Assembly: GCA_963826785.1 (NCBI GenBank)
Contig: CAWGYD010000005.1
Location: 320,001-384,000 of the forward strand
DNA length: 64,000 nt
Direction of reading: 5' to 3'
From: an uncultured delta proteobacterium
GTDB taxonomy: Bacteria; Desulfobacterota; Desulfobacteria; Desulfobacterales; Desulfosalsimonadaceae
Shown piece after piece: positions 9,294 through 20,982 of this stretch (its first letter is position 1; the number at the start of each line of letters is the position of its first letter). Under the pieces are notes generated by a model that saw only the letters and a program-made list of their open reading frames with translations, was not told the DNA's origin and made no database searches. The position numbers and the translations under genes were made by a program.

Positions 9294-9500
9294 ATGGAAG
9301 AAAAAACCTTTTCAGTACCCAATATATCCTGCAAACATTGCGTGGCCACCATCAAGAATGAATTATCCGAGATCGAAGGCGTTGACCGGGTGGAGGGCGA
9401 TCCTGAAAATCGCAAGATTACGGTTTGGTGGAAGGCGCCGGCCACGCAGGACCGGATCCGTAAGATGCTCCAAGAGATCAATTATCCCGCGGAGCCGTAA
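9294..9500 (+). CDS. copZ: Copper chaperone (HMA domain)
   Basis: 68 aa with ISCKHC, directly upstream of copA. Confidence 0.85.
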   Translation: MEEKTFSVPNISCKHCVATIKNELSEIEGVDRVEGDPENRKITVWWKAPATQDRIRKMLQEINYPAEP

Positions 9501-11954
9501 ATGCCGGAACAGCAGATCACCCTTCCGGTAACCGGCATGACCTGCGCCAACTGCGCGGCCAATATCAAACGAAGTGTCGAAAAGCTGGAAGGGGTTGTCC
9601 ATGCCGACGTCAATTTTGCCGCCGAACAGCTCACCGTTGTTTTCGATGCCAGCCAGGTCAACATAGACGACATCATCGGCCGGGTGCGAAAGGCCGGTTA
9701 TGACGTGATCACCCGGTCTGCGGACCTGGCCCTGACCGGCATGACCTGCGCCAACTGCGCGGCGGCCGTCGAACGGACCCTGAACAAAAAGGTGCCCGGG
9801 GTGATTTCGGCCGCGGTTAATTTTGCGGCCGAGCGCGCCACGGTGGAGTACGTGCCCACCATGGCCGGGATCGACGATCTGGTCAAGGCGGTCGAGAAGG
9901 CCGGTTATGGCGCGATATCATCCGAGGCCGGGGAAACCGGCGAAGACGCCGAGTCCGCCGCCCGGGACGCGGAAGTGGCCGATCAAATCCGAAAGTTTGA
10001 GGTGGGGTTGGCTTTTACCCTGCCGCTGTTTGCGCTCTCCATGGGCCGGGATTTTCTGCTCCTGGGGGCATGGTCGCACGCGCCGTGGATGAACTGGCTC
10101 TTTTTTGCCTTGGCCACGCCGGTCCAGTTTTATACCGGGTGGGATTACTACGTGGGCGGGTATCGCAGCCTGTTGAACCGCAGCGCCAACATGGATGTCC
10201 TGGTGGCCATGGGATCGTCGGTGGCCTATGGCTATTCCGTGGCGGTGCTCCTGTCCCCTGTGATGGGCGGTCATGTCTATTTCGAAACATCGGCGGTGAT
10301 TATCACCCTGATCAAAATCGGCAAACTGCTGGAGGTGCAAACCAAGCGCAAAACCGGCGGCTCCATCCGCAAACTCATCGGCCTGCGCCCAAAAACCGCA
10401 ACCGTCATTAAGGCGGGGAGGGAAGAGCAGGTCCCCATCACCCGGGTGGAAAAAGGCGATCTGATAATGGTTCGCCCCGGGGAGCGGATTCCCGTGGACG
10501 GGGTGGTGGTGAAGGGGCGCTCTTCAGTGGACGAAGCCATGCTCACAGGTGAGCCGCTGCCCGTGGACAAGAAACCGGGGGATTCGGTGGTGGGCGGCGC
10601 CATTACCGTGGAAGGCACCCTGCAGTTTGAAGCCACCCGGGTGGGCAGGGATACGGCCCTGGCACAGATTATCCGGCTGGTTCAGGAAGCCCAGGGAAGC
10701 CGCGCGCCCATTCAGGCCATTGCCGATCGCGTGGCCGCCGTGTTCGTCCCCCTGGTCATTTCAGCGGCGCTGGTGACCTTTCTGATCTGGCTGCTGCTGA
10801 CCGGGGCGTTCGTCCCCTCCATGATCCGGCTGGTGGCGGTCCTGGTGATCGCCTGCCCCTGCGCGCTGGGGCTGGCCACGCCCACGGCCATGATGGCGGG
10901 AATGGGAAAAGGGGCGGAAAACGGGATCCTCTTTAAAAGCTCGGTGGCCCTGGAGCAGGCGGCGCAGCTGGATGCCATCGTGCTGGACAAGACCGGAACC
11001 CTCACCCTGGGAAAACCGGAAGTGACGGATATCATCAGTTTACGAAAGGCGTGCGGGGATGAAATCGATCTGCTGAAAATGGCGGCCTCGGCGGAGCAGG
11101 GATCCGAGCACCCGGTGGGCCGGGCGATCCTGAAAGCGGCCCGGGAAAAGAATATCGATCCTTTTGAATTTTCGGACTTCAAGGCCCACGGCGGTTCCGG
11201 CGTGGAAGCGAATATCGGCGGCCGGATGGTGGCCGTGGGACGACCGGACTGGTTTTCATCAGAGCGCGGGGTCGATATTTCCGCTGCATCGGGCAACATC
11301 GACAAACTCCAGCAGGAGGGAAAAACCGTGATGCTGGTGGTTTTCGATGAAGGGTTGCTGTGCGGACTGATTGCGGTTTCCGATACCCTGAAGCCGGAGT
11401 CAAAGGCAGCCGTGGCGGCGCTGCATGCCTCCGGGCACCGGGTTTCCATGCTGACCGGAGACAACCGGCAGACCGCCCGGGCGATCGCCGGCCGGGTTCA
11501 CATTGACGATGTGATCGCCGAAGTCCGACCCGATGAGAAGGCGGCGGCCGTGAAAAGGCTGCAGGAAACGCATATGAAGATCGGCATGGTAGGCGACGGC
11601 ATCAATGATGCGCCGGCACTGGCACGGGCCGACGTCGGGTTTGCCATCGGCACGGGAACCGACGTGGCAATCGAAACCGCGGATGTGATACTGACCAGCG
11701 GCAACCTGACCGGCATTTCACGGGCAGTCCGGCTCAGCCGAAAAACCATGAAAACGGTCCGGCAGAACCTGTTCTGGGCCTTTGGCTACAATGTGGTCCT
11801 CATACCGATTGCCGCGGGGGTGCTCGCACCATTTGAAGGCGTCCCGGCATTTCTCCAGCACCTGCACCCCATCCTGGCTGCCCTTGCCATGGCGTTTTCC
11901 AGCATATCGGTGGTCACCAACAGCCTTTTGCTGTCAAGAGCCAACATCGAGTAA
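9501..11954 (+). CDS. copA: Cu(I)-translocating P1B-type ATPase
   Basis: Two GMTCANC HMA domains plus TGE, CPC, DKTGT, SEHP, GDGIND, YN and MAFSS motifs. Confidence 0.95.
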   Translation: MPEQQITLPVTGMTCANCAANIKRSVEKLEGVVHADVNFAAEQLTVVFDASQVNIDDIIGRVRKAGYDVITRSADLALTGMTCANCAAAVERTLNKKVPGVISAAVNFAAERATVEYVPTMAGIDDLVKAVEKAGYGAISSEAGETGEDAESAARDAEVADQIRKFEVGLAFTLPLFALSMGRDFLLLGAWSHAPWMNWLFFALATPVQFYTGWDYYVGGYRSLLNRSANMDVLVAMGSSVAYGYSVAVLLSPVMGGHVYFETSAVIITLIKIGKLLEVQTKRKTGGSIRKLIGLRPKTATVIKAGREEQVPITRVEKGDLIMVRPGERIPVDGVVVKGRSSVDEAMLTGEPLPVDKKPGDSVVGGAITVEGTLQFEATRVGRDTALAQIIRLVQEAQGSRAPIQAIADRVAAVFVPLVISAALVTFLIWLLLTGAFVPSMIRLVAVLVIACPCALGLATPTAMMAGMGKGAENGILFKSSVALEQAAQLDAIVLDKTGTLTLGKPEVTDIISLRKACGDEIDLLKMAASAEQGSEHPVGRAILKAAREKNIDPFEFSDFKAHGGSGVEANIGGRMVAVGRPDWFSSERGVDISAASGNIDKLQQEGKTVMLVVFDEGLLCGLIAVSDTLKPESKAAVAALHASGHRVSMLTGDNRQTARAIAGRVHIDDVIAEVRPDEKAAAVKRLQETHMKIGMVGDGINDAPALARADVGFAIGTGTDVAIETADVILTSGNLTGISRAVRLSRKTMKTVRQNLFWAFGYNVVLIPIAAGVLAPFEGVPAFLQHLHPILAALAMAFSSISVVTNSLLLSRANIE

Positions 11955-12015
11955 AGTGTGGTTTTTCCCTTGGGAGAACAAATTTTTAACAAAAATGGTA
12001 AAAAGGACAATCGCA

Positions 12016-12219
12016 ATGAACGTGGATCAACTGGTTTTCCGTATAGCCGGCATTTTTATCCTGTTTAGCCTGGCACTGGCCTATTTTCACAGTTCCTACT
12101 GGCTCTGGTTTACCGCTTTTGTCGGTGCCAACATGGTTCAGGCCTCTTTTTCGGGATTCTGTCCCATGGCCGCCTTTTTAAAAAAATTCGGGATCAAGCC
12201 GGGTCGGGCGTTTGATTAG
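12016..12219 (+). CDS. DUF2892 (YgaP-like) small membrane protein
   Basis: Two hydrophobic helices and the conserved GFCP motif. AAGGA RBS. Confidence 0.8.
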   Translation: MNVDQLVFRIAGIFILFSLALAYFHSSYWLWFTAFVGANMVQASFSGFCPMAAFLKKFGIKPGRAFD

Positions 12220-12222
12220 ATC

Positions 12223-13010
12223 ATGCAAATTTTTTTAAACGGGCTTTATGACCGGTATAACCGGCGGGATTATGTCCGCCCGGACCCCATCGAACTGATC
12301 TATCCCTATGGGGATCTGAGGGATCGGGAAATCGCCGGGCTGATCGCGGCCTGTCTGGCCTATGGCCGGGTACAGCAGATCTTGAAAAGTGTTTCTTCGG
12401 TACTGAACGCGATGGGGCCGTCGCCTTGACCGGTATTTGACGAGAACAGAAGACGACTCGGATCCGAGCGGATTTTGCCGCCTTCGTGCACCGGTTTGCC
12501 CGGGGAAGTCATTTATCGTCGCTGCTTATTGCTATAAAACGGATCATTTCGGATTACGGGACGCTGCAGGACTGTTTCCATGATGGATATAACAGCGGTG
12601 ATGAAACCGTTCTGCCGGCGCTCACAGGCTTTGTGGCAAATATCTGCATGGCCGCACCGGGGGAGGGGCCCGGCCACCTGGTTCCCGCACCGGATAAACA
12701 AAGCGCCTGCAAGCGCCTTCACCTGTTCCTGCGGTGGATGGTGCGCGGCGATGCCGTGGACCCGGGAGGGTGGGACCGTATTTGCCCGTCGAAGCTGATC
12801 GTTCCCGTGGATGTCCACATGCACCGCCTCGGCTGCCGGCTGGGGCTGACAGACCGGAAACAGGCCAACCTGAAAACGGCCCTGGCGCTTACCGCCGGGT
12901 TTCGGCGATATGCACCCGACGACCCCGTGCGCTACGATTTCGCCCTGACCCGCTTCGGTATCCGTGATGATCTGAAAGGCCGGCTGGATTACAGCCAATC
13001 ACTCGTATAA
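12223..13010 (+). CDS. TIGR02757 (DUF2400) family protein, split by apparent frameshift(s) at about 12426-12461
   Basis: PDPI...DREIAGLIAACLAYGRV in fragment 1. SACKRLHLFLRWMVR, VPVDVH and DDPVRYDFAL in fragment 2 (12486-13010). Confidence 0.85.
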
Positions 13011-13090
13011 CTCACAAAAGTTGTTCACGTCGATTTTTTCATTGACCTGATGGCCTTTGTCTGCTAAACAAACTTGATTATTCTTGACGT

Positions 13091-13166
13091 GGGGATGTAG
13101 CTCAGCTGGGAGAGCGCTGCGTTCGCAATGCAGAGGTCAGGGGTTCGAGCCCCCTCATCTCCACCA
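13091..13166 (+). tRNA. tRNA-Ala(CGC)
   Basis: GGGGATGTAGCTCAGCTGGGAGAGC, anticodon arm ctgcg-tt-CGC-aa-tgcag, GTTCGA, ends in CCA. Confidence 0.95.
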
Positions 13167-13234
13167 ATTCCGATTTTTCGCTTCTCACGCTTCAGAATGC
13201 CGGTATTCTGAAGCATAAGATCAGGTCTGAATCC

Positions 13235-13822
13235 ATGAAACGGCATGCCGAAACCGAACGGATCACCAAGGAAACGCAGATCCGGGCGACATTTTCCCTC
13301 GATGGCACCGGCGCCAGTGACATCTCCACCCAGATCCCCTTTTTCGACCACATGCTGACCCTGTTTTCCGTCCACGGATTTTTTGATATGATGGTGAAAG
13401 CGACCGGCGACATCGAAGTCGATTATCACCATACCATGGAAGATGTGGGGCTGGTTCTGGGCGATCTGTTCAACCAGGCGCTGGGGGATCGAAAAGGCAT
13501 CCGCCGTTATGGCGCCGCATCGGTCCCCATGGATGATGCCCTCACCGAGGTGAGCGTGGATCTTTCAAATCGGCCTTTTCTCGTTTACCGCATTCCGCCG
13601 CTTCTTTCCAGCCAGGTTGATCTGCATGTCAATCAGGCAAAGGAATTCTTCCGGGCCTTCGTCAACCGGGCCGGAATCAACCTGCATATCAATGCCCTTT
13701 ATGGTGAAAATGACCACCATGTCACCGAATCCATTTTCAAGGCATTCGCCCGGGCTTTAGACCAGGCATCGGGTACGGATCCCCGCATTGCATCCGTGCA
13801 TTCGTCCAAAGGGCTTCTCTGA
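13235..13822 (+). CDS. hisB: Imidazoleglycerol-phosphate dehydratase
   Basis: [16 protein letters not shown] and [12 protein letters not shown] motifs. Confidence 0.95.
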   Translation: MKRHAETERITKETQIRATFSLDGTGASDISTQIPFFDHMLTLFSVHGFFDMMVKATGDIEVDYHHTMEDVGLVLGDLFNQALGDRKGIRRYGAASVPMDDALTEVSVDLSNRPFLVYRIPPLLSSQVDLHVNQAKEFFRAFVNRAGINLHINALYGENDHHVTESIFKAFARALDQASGTDPRIASVHSSKGLL

Positions 13823-13851
13823 TTTTGTCATCGGCAGTAGATGGACCGCAT

Positions 13852-14580
13852 ATGATCGTTATTCCCGCAATCGATATTAAATCCGGCAAATGCGTCCGCC
13901 TGCTCCAGGGACGCATGGATGCCGAAACCGTATTCTCTGATGATCCTGCGGCCATGGGGCTTCGCTGGGAATCGCAGGGGGCGGAATTGATTCACGTTGT
14001 CGATCTCGACGGCGCCGTGGAGAAGAAGCCCGTGAATCTTGAATCCATTCGGGCGATTTTAAACCGGGTGTCGATCCCTATTCAGGTCGGCGGCGGCATC
14101 CGGGACATGGACACCATCCGGGTCTACATGGATCTGGGCGTGCAGCGGATCGTTATCGGCACCGAAGCCATCCGGAATCCGGAACTGGTGAAGACCGCCT
14201 GCCGGGAATTTCCCGGACGCATGGTGGTGGGAATCGATGCGAAAGAGGGGATGGTGGCCATCGAAGGCTGGACCGAAGTGACCCGGGTAACGGCGGTGGA
14301 CCTGGCCAGGCAGTTTGAAGATGACGGGATCGCGGCCATCAATTTCACTGATATCGAACGCGACGGCATGCGCACCGGCCCCAATATTGAACAGACCCGG
14401 GCGCTGGCCCGCGCTGTTTCCATTCCCGTGGTCGCATCGGGCGGGGTTTCATCCATGACCGATATCATGAATCTGGCCCCGCTGGCATCAGACGGTGTCG
14501 TCGGGATCATCACCGGAAGGGCCCTGTATGACGGCAGCCTGGATCTTGAAGCGGCCCTGGCCTATTTGCGAAACGCTTGA
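13852..14580 (+). CDS. hisA: ProFAR isomerase
   Basis: [30 protein letters not shown] and VASGGVS. Confidence 0.95.
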   Translation: MIVIPAIDIKSGKCVRLLQGRMDAETVFSDDPAAMGLRWESQGAELIHVVDLDGAVEKKPVNLESIRAILNRVSIPIQVGGGIRDMDTIRVYMDLGVQRIVIGTEAIRNPELVKTACREFPGRMVVGIDAKEGMVAIEGWTEVTRVTAVDLARQFEDDGIAAINFTDIERDGMRTGPNIEQTRALARAVSIPVVASGGVSSMTDIMNLAPLASDGVVGIITGRALYDGSLDLEAALAYLRNA

Positions 14581-14587
14581 TTTTTCA

Positions 14588-14616
14588 TTGACATCCGTTA
14601 ATCAGCGTATTATATT
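14588..14616 (+). promoter_or_regulatory. sigma-70 promoter of dnaG-rpoD
   Basis: TTGACA-17 bp-TATATT. Confidence 0.7.
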
Positions 14617-14759
14617 TATTTGATTCCCATCGGTATGGATAAATTTGTCAAATCAGGCATTTATATATTCTGCTGAGGCCTGATTTTGCCCGATCGGATG
14701 GATGAACGCATCCACACCTGCCCATCTTACCTGTTTGCGAGGCGGGAGGTACCCTTTTT

Positions 14760-16544
14760 TTGGCGATTTTTTTTCCTGAAGACAAGATTGCGGAAATTCG
14801 GAATTCCGTAGATATTGTCGACCTCATATCCGAACGCGTGGTTTTGAAAAATGCGGGCAAAGATCATATCGGTCTTTGTCCGTTTCATTCTGAAAAAACA
14901 CCCTCCTTTACGGTCAGCCCCTTAAAGCAGATTTTTCATTGTTTCGGCTGCGGTGCGGGAGGCGACATTTTTTCGTTTATGATGAAGCACGACGGCGTGG
15001 AGTTTCCGGAAGCCGTGCAATTGCTGGCACGCCGATGCGGGGTGGACCTTCCGGCAGATTCCGCTGATCCGCATCAGCGTCAAGCCCTTTCGGACCGGCA
15101 GCGGCTGTACGACCTTAACCTGCGGGTGATGAAGTTCTATCAAAGCAGGCTGGCAGAAGAGACGGCGGGAAAAGCCGCCCTGGCGTATCTGGCCCGGCGG
15201 GGATTTTCAAAGGCCGCCATCGACCAGTTCAGCCTGGGATTTGCGTCTGACGACTGGGACGCGCTGGTCAATTTTTTTCGTAAAATCCGGGTTCCCATGG
15301 ATCTGGCCGAGAAATCGGGCCTGGTGATTCCCCGGAAAAGCGCAAAGGGTTTTTACGATCGTTTTCGCAACCGGATCATCTTTCCCATTTTTGATCCTTC
15401 CGGCCAGGTGATCGGATTCGGCGGCCGGGTGCTCGATGAGGCATTGCCCAAATATCTGAATTCTCCGGAGACCCTGCTGTATCATAAAGGCAGGACCCTC
15501 TATGGGGTGCAAACCGCAAAGGCAAGGTGCCGGGAGACCGGCCGCGTTTATATTGTGGAGGGGTATTTCGATCTGATCGCACTTCACCAGCATGGCATCA
15601 CCAATACGGTGGCCACGCTGGGAACGGCATTGACGCCCCAGCATGCCAAACTGCTGCGGCGGGGATTTGCAGATCAGGTTTTTCTGGTATTCGACTCGGA
15701 TCAGGCCGGCATCAAGGCTGCCGAGCGGAGCATGCCCATTTTCATCAATGAATCGGTCAGCGCTTCGGTCATTGTCCTGCCCAAAGGCCATGATCCGGAT
15801 ACCTATGTGTTCGAATTCGGCGCCGAGGCTTTTAATAAACTGGCGGAGAAGGCCATGGGGATGGTCGATTTCCTGATTGAATCCGCCGTCGCCGCCCATG
15901 GCCTTTCCATGGAAGGCATCGTTCGGATCATCGGCCAATTGGCCCCACAGCTTGGGCAGATCGAGGACGGGGTGGCCCGATCCCTGCATATCCGGCATCT
16001 TTCCGAACGGCTGGGGGTGGATGAAGCCGCCGTTATGGAGCGGGTAAAAACAGCTGCCCGTCGGTCGGCTTCCCTGTCCGGACCGAACGGACGGAAATCC
16101 GGAATCGAGGTGTCCGGAGCGTCGGCACCTGACCATCCGATCAGCCGGCTCGAGCAGCAGGTGATTTCCATGATGTTAAAGTGCAATGAAATTTTGCCGG
16201 TGATTGAAAACAGGGGAATCCTTGATTATATTGATGACAAATTGCTCCAGTCAGTCGGACGCGTGATTCTTGCGCACCCGCCGTCGGAAGAGGGAAGCAT
16301 TGCCGATTTGATGAATCATTTGACCGAATCCCGGCAAAGGGCTCTGATCGCTTCCCTGGTCATCGAAGATGCGAAGTGGGATACCCGGTCGTGCAATAAT
16401 CTGATTGCCCAACTGATACAAAGCAAGTCAAAGCGTGAAGCGGTTTTGCTGCGCCAGATCAAGGCGGCGGAAGAGCGAAATGACCACGCAACACTCTTTG
16501 AACTGCTGAAGCAGAAACAGGATCAAGTGGCGAAACGCCATTGA
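14760..16544 (+). CDS. dnaG: DNA primase
   Basis: CPFH...CFGC zinc finger, FGGR, KYLNSPET, and TOPRIM EGYFD / FDSD. Confidence 0.97.
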   Translation: MAIFFPEDKIAEIRNSVDIVDLISERVVLKNAGKDHIGLCPFHSEKTPSFTVSPLKQIFHCFGCGAGGDIFSFMMKHDGVEFPEAVQLLARRCGVDLPADSADPHQRQALSDRQRLYDLNLRVMKFYQSRLAEETAGKAALAYLARRGFSKAAIDQFSLGFASDDWDALVNFFRKIRVPMDLAEKSGLVIPRKSAKGFYDRFRNRIIFPIFDPSGQVIGFGGRVLDEALPKYLNSPETLLYHKGRTLYGVQTAKARCRETGRVYIVEGYFDLIALHQHGITNTVATLGTALTPQHAKLLRRGFADQVFLVFDSDQAGIKAAERSMPIFINESVSASVIVLPKGHDPDTYVFEFGAEAFNKLAEKAMGMVDFLIESAVAAHGLSMEGIVRIIGQLAPQLGQIEDGVARSLHIRHLSERLGVDEAAVMERVKTAARRSASLSGPNGRKSGIEVSGASAPDHPISRLEQQVISMMLKCNEILPVIENRGILDYIDDKLLQSVGRVILAHPPSEEGSIADLMNHLTESRQRALIASLVIEDAKWDTRSCNNLIAQLIQSKSKREAVLLRQIKAAEERNDHATLFELLKQKQDQVAKRH

Positions 16545-16583
16545 TATATAAAAAGATAACCGTTTGTGAGGAGGCCTTTATTT

Positions 16584-18365
16584 ATGGCAAAAAAATCGAC
16601 CAAAACACATGATGGGTCCGAAGAAGTCAAAATTGAAAAATTTGACGAACTGGTCTCCAAGGGGAAGGAACAGGGATATCTGACGTATGATCAGATCAGT
16701 GAGGTGCTTCCCGAAGAAATGATGTCCCCTGAACAGATCGATGAAACCCTGATGTGGTTTGACGATTTGGATATCGAGGTGGTGGAAAAACGGAAAAAAA
16801 TTTCGGAATCCGAGAAAAAGGATGAAAATGAGAGCGAAAAGTTTTCCGATTCCGACGATGTGGACTCGATCTCCACTTATGGTTCGGTAACCGACCCGGT
16901 CAAGATGTATCTCAGGGAAATGGGTCTGGTAACACTGTTGTCCCGGGAAGGGGAAATCGTCATCGCCAAGAAAATCGAGGCCGGCGAGCAGGAAATGCTG
17001 CGGGCCATGCTGGAGACCACCATCGGGGTGAACAGCATTATCCAGCTGGGAGAGCAGATTGCCTCCGGTGTGCTTCGACCCAAGCACGTGTTGAGGGATA
17101 TCGATGAGGGCGACACGATAGTGGATGAGTCGATCCAGATTGAAAGTTTTCTGGAGATGATCGATGCCATCAAGAAGATCGATGATGAGAATCATGAACT
17201 CCGGAAAAAACTCTATGGCGACGAAATACTTGATCCGGAAGAGCGACGTCGGACCCGGCGGTCCATACGCCGCCGAAACCGAAAGATTTTCGACCACTTC
17301 AAGGAATGGCGCCTGGAAAGCGATGTGATCGATGCCATTGAAAAGGAAATCCGGGAGCAGTCCGAGTGGTTTGAAATCAAAAACAAGATGTTCTGCCGAT
17401 GTGTCGCCGAATTTGATCTGCCCATCATGGAAGTGCGTGAAAAGCTGGAATCCGGTGAACAGGCCTTTGTCAGCTGGGCATGTACCTGCACGGAACGTAA
17501 AGACCGCGACCTGAATACCCTGTTTTCCGAGTTGAAAAGACTCCAGACCGAGGGGGCGGAGCGGGAGAAGGAACTCAATGCCGATTATCGCAATTTGAAG
17601 CGGATCATGGGCAGCATCGAGGAGGGACGGCTCATCGCCAAGGAAGCCAAAGGGGAACTGGTCAAGGCAAACCTGCGGCTGGTGGTCAGCATTGCCAAGA
17701 AATATACCAACCGGGGATTGCAGTTTCTCGATTTGATTCAGGAAGGCAACATCGGATTGATGAAAGCGGTGGATAAGTTTGAGTACCGCCGGGGGTATAA
17801 GTTTTCCACCTACGCCACCTGGTGGATCCGGCAGGCCATCACCCGCGCCATCGCGGACCAGGCCCGGACCATCCGCATTCCCGTGCATATGATCGAGACC
17901 ATTAACAAGCTGATCCGCACCTCGCGGTACCTGGTCCAGGAACTGGGGCGGGAGCCCACCCCGGAGGAAATCGCGGGAAAAATGGAAGTTCCGCTGGACA
18001 AGGTGCGAAAGGTATTGAAAATCGCCCGTGAGCCCATCTCCCTGGAAACGCCCATCGGCGAGGAAGATGACAGCCATCTGGGAGATTTCATCGAGGATAA
18101 GACCTTCATGCTTCCCTCCGAAGCCGCCATCAACATGAACCTGGCCGAACAGACCCGCAAGGTGCTCGCCACGCTGACTCCGCGTGAAGAAAAAGTGCTG
18201 CGGATGCGGTTCGGCATCGGCGAAAAAGCGGATCATACCTTAGAAGAGGTGGGAAGCGATTTTGCGGTAACCCGTGAACGGATCCGTCAGATCGAGGCCA
18301 AAGCGCTCCGGAAATTGCGGCACCCCACCCGCAGCCGGAAATTGAAATATTTTATCGAATCCTGA
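16584..18365 (+). CDS. rpoD: RNA polymerase sigma-70 factor
   Basis: [38 protein letters not shown] and [16 protein letters not shown]. Confidence 0.98.
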   Translation: MAKKSTKTHDGSEEVKIEKFDELVSKGKEQGYLTYDQISEVLPEEMMSPEQIDETLMWFDDLDIEVVEKRKKISESEKKDENESEKFSDSDDVDSISTYGSVTDPVKMYLREMGLVTLLSREGEIVIAKKIEAGEQEMLRAMLETTIGVNSIIQLGEQIASGVLRPKHVLRDIDEGDTIVDESIQIESFLEMIDAIKKIDDENHELRKKLYGDEILDPEERRRTRRSIRRRNRKIFDHFKEWRLESDVIDAIEKEIREQSEWFEIKNKMFCRCVAEFDLPIMEVREKLESGEQAFVSWACTCTERKDRDLNTLFSELKRLQTEGAEREKELNADYRNLKRIMGSIEEGRLIAKEAKGELVKANLRLVVSIAKKYTNRGLQFLDLIQEGNIGLMKAVDKFEYRRGYKFSTYATWWIRQAITRAIADQARTIRIPVHMIETINKLIRTSRYLVQELGREPTPEEIAGKMEVPLDKVRKVLKIAREPISLETPIGEEDDSHLGDFIEDKTFMLPSEAAINMNLAEQTRKVLATLTPREEKVLRMRFGIGEKADHTLEEVGSDFAVTRERIRQIEAKALRKLRHPTRSRKLKYFIES

Positions 18366-18433
18366 TATTTAAACACGGAACTTGACAACAAATCAACACA
18401 AGCGATAGAAACCAATTGCGTATGTTTTCATGG

Positions 18434-18506
18434 GGGCCCATAGCTCAGCTGGAAGAGCCACCGGCTCATAACCGGTCGGTCCCTGGTTCGAACCCAGGTG
18501 GGCCCA
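18434..18506 (+). tRNA. tRNA with CAT anticodon, most likely Ile2 (lysidine type)
   Basis: GGGCCCA acceptor stem and accgg-ct-CAT-aa-ccggt arm. It lacks initiator features (no GGG/CCC anticodon stem, 1-72 paired) and sits after rpoD. The 3' end reads TCA, not CCA. Confidence 0.85.
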
Positions 18507-18553
18507 TCAACTGTGATACTCGCACGCCTGTGAAAACAGGCGGGCTAACGGCG

Positions 18554-18591
18554 AAGAAGGCGTGGGGCGATGATTCCGCGCCTTTTTTTTT
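18554..18591 (+). terminator. Intrinsic terminator after the tRNA
   Basis: aggcgtggg...ttccgcgcct stem followed by a T run. Confidence 0.55.
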
Positions 18592-18628
18592 AGCCTTTTT
18601 TTAAACAGGGATGCCATGGATATGAATC

Positions 18629-19747
18629 ATGCCGCTCGTCAATGATATCATCCGCCTGCTCGAACAGATTGCCCCGAATCGGCTGGCGGAAGACTGGGAC
18701 AACGCGGGGCTGCAGATCGGCAGTCGGCAATGGCGGGCCGACCGCATCATGATTGCCCTGGATCCCCTCCTTTCCGTCGTCAAAGCCGCCTGTGAAAAAC
18801 AAATCGACCTGCTCATCACCCACCATCCCTTAATTTTTTCTCCTCTGAAACAAATCAATTTCGATACCCCCCAGGGAGAGATATTTTCCCTTGCCGCAAA
18901 TCATCGGTTGTCTGTCATTGCCGCCCATACCAACCTGGACAGCGCCGCCGGCGGCCTGAATGATCTTCTGGCGAGCAAACTTCACCTGCACGACATCAAA
19001 AGCCTGGTGCCGCCTTCCGGCAGCAGGGACGAATATAAACTTGCGCTTTATGTCCCGGCAGACCATTTCAGATCCGTTCTGGACGCTTTGTTCGACACCC
19101 CCGCCGGCAAAATCGGGAATTACACCCACTGCACTTTTTCACAGGAGGGAACCGGAACATTCAAACCCGGCCCCGACGCTGTTCCCCGATTCGGCGTTTC
19201 CGGTCAGATCAACTTTGCCCAGGAGGTCAGAATCGAAGCCAACGTGGCCAAAAAGGATTTAAACGCCACTCTTACTCGGGTGGAGCAGGCACATCCCTAT
19301 GAAACCATGGCGTATGATCTTTATCCGCTGTTTTCCCGCGAAGCGGACACGGGGCTGGGCCGGGTGGGAAAGCTCGAAGCGGCCATGGATCTGTCGGCGT
19401 TTGCCGATGACATCAAGTCACGGCTCGGCCTGGGGGCTGTCCGGGTCGCCGGGGCCACCCGCATGAGGGTGCAAAATGTCGCCGTGTGCACCGGAAGCGG
19501 CGCCGGATTGCTCAAGCCGTTTTTTGCCTCGAATGCAGACGTTTTTGTGACCGGTGATCTGCGCTACCATGATGCCCAGGATGTTTTGGCGCGCAACCGG
19601 GGCCTGGTCGACATCGGCCATTTTGCATCCGAGCATCTGATGGTGGAAATGGTCAAAAATCGGCTTGAAGATCTGGCCGTGCGGGAAGGGTATGACGTCA
19701 CCATTGAGGCCTTCGACGCAGAGGCCGATCCGTTTGAGGTGCGTTAG
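18629..19747 (+). CDS. Nif3-like dinuclear metal center protein (with PII-like insert)
   Basis: WDNAGLQIG, THHPLIF, HTNLD, HPYE and DIGHFASE. Confidence 0.92.
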   Translation: MPLVNDIIRLLEQIAPNRLAEDWDNAGLQIGSRQWRADRIMIALDPLLSVVKAACEKQIDLLITHHPLIFSPLKQINFDTPQGEIFSLAANHRLSVIAAHTNLDSAAGGLNDLLASKLHLHDIKSLVPPSGSRDEYKLALYVPADHFRSVLDALFDTPAGKIGNYTHCTFSQEGTGTFKPGPDAVPRFGVSGQINFAQEVRIEANVAKKDLNATLTRVEQAHPYETMAYDLYPLFSREADTGLGRVGKLEAAMDLSAFADDIKSRLGLGAVRVAGATRMRVQNVAVCTGSGAGLLKPFFASNADVFVTGDLRYHDAQDVLARNRGLVDIGHFASEHLMVEMVKNRLEDLAVREGYDVTIEAFDAEADPFEVR

Positions 19748-19844
19748 TGCGTACGCCGTTGCGGCTGACTTCGCCGATGGATCGGCTTCTTCCGGTGCCT
19801 CGCGAAGTCATCATTATCAATCTTTAATATTAATGGAACCGGCA

Positions 19845-20561
19845 ATGAAATGCACCAGCAGAGATCAGATCGAATACATGATTGAACTGCAGCAGGAAGA
19901 AACTGCGGCAGCAAAAATCCGGGTACAACTGGAACAGCTTCCCAAACAGATCGAGGCTTTGGAAAACACCCTGGCAGAATTCGAACAATCGGTTTCATCC
20001 CACAAGACGATTGTCGAAGATCTGAAAAAAAACTACCGGGGACTGGAAGCTGAAATGCAAACCAATCTGGGGCGCATCAAGAAGCGTCAGGAGCAGCTCG
20101 ATGCCGTGAAAACCAACAAGGAATATCAGGCGCTTTTAAAAGACATCGAAGAAATTAAAAAAATCAATTCCCGGATGGAAGACAAAGCCATAGAATGCAT
20201 GGATCAGATCGAAGCCGCCGAACGCATCGTCGGGGAAAAAGAAGAAGCCCAGGCGGCGGCCCGTGAAGATATCCAGCGGCAGCAGGAGGGCCTGGCGGCA
20301 GAAGCAGGCGAGCGGAAAAAAGAACTGGCTGAACTGGATTTAAAGCAGCAGGCCATCCGGCAGCGCATCGATCCTGATCTGATGGAGCAGTACGAATTTA
20401 TCAAATCCCAGGTGGGCGGCAGGGTGATCGCCCAGGCGAAAAACTCGGTTTGCCTCGGATGCCATATGAACATCCCTCCCCAGATGTACAATGAACTGCA
20501 CCGGGAAAATGAAATAAGGATTTGCCCTCATTGTCATCGGATGCTATATGTTTTATGTTAG
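19845..20561 (+). CDS. Coiled-coil protein with C4-type zinc ribbon (DUF164-like)
   Basis: Long coiled coil with NKEYQAL and CLGC...CPHC. Usual neighbour of Nif3. Confidence 0.85.
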   Translation: MKCTSRDQIEYMIELQQEETAAAKIRVQLEQLPKQIEALENTLAEFEQSVSSHKTIVEDLKKNYRGLEAEMQTNLGRIKKRQEQLDAVKTNKEYQALLKDIEEIKKINSRMEDKAIECMDQIEAAERIVGEKEEAQAAAREDIQRQQEGLAAEAGERKKELAELDLKQQAIRQRIDPDLMEQYEFIKSQVGGRVIAQAKNSVCLGCHMNIPPQMYNELHRENEIRICPHCHRMLYVLC

Positions 20562-20567
20562 TTCGGT

Positions 20568-20932
<365 letters not shown>

Positions 20933-20982
20933 GCCCATCTTATTTCCGAAAAACGGCAAGATTACAGGCGGATTTTGATTCA

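Noticed and set aside
12427..12429. Selenocysteine read-through at the in-frame TGA of TIGR02757
   Set aside because: The conserved continuation is in a different frame, so read-through would not restore the protein.
16578..18236. Long antisense ORFs (also 15207-16136, 24395-25300, 33700-34641, 48793-49713, 50407-51465, 57823-58692, 62109-63041)
   Set aside because: Shadows of well-supported genes caused by codon bias, with no recognisable motifs.
19665..19844. Long N-terminal extensions in the ORF track (also 11782, 51422, 55557, 60193, 44131)
   Set aside because: They overlap upstream genes. Downstream starts with an RBS or family-typical N-terminus fit better.
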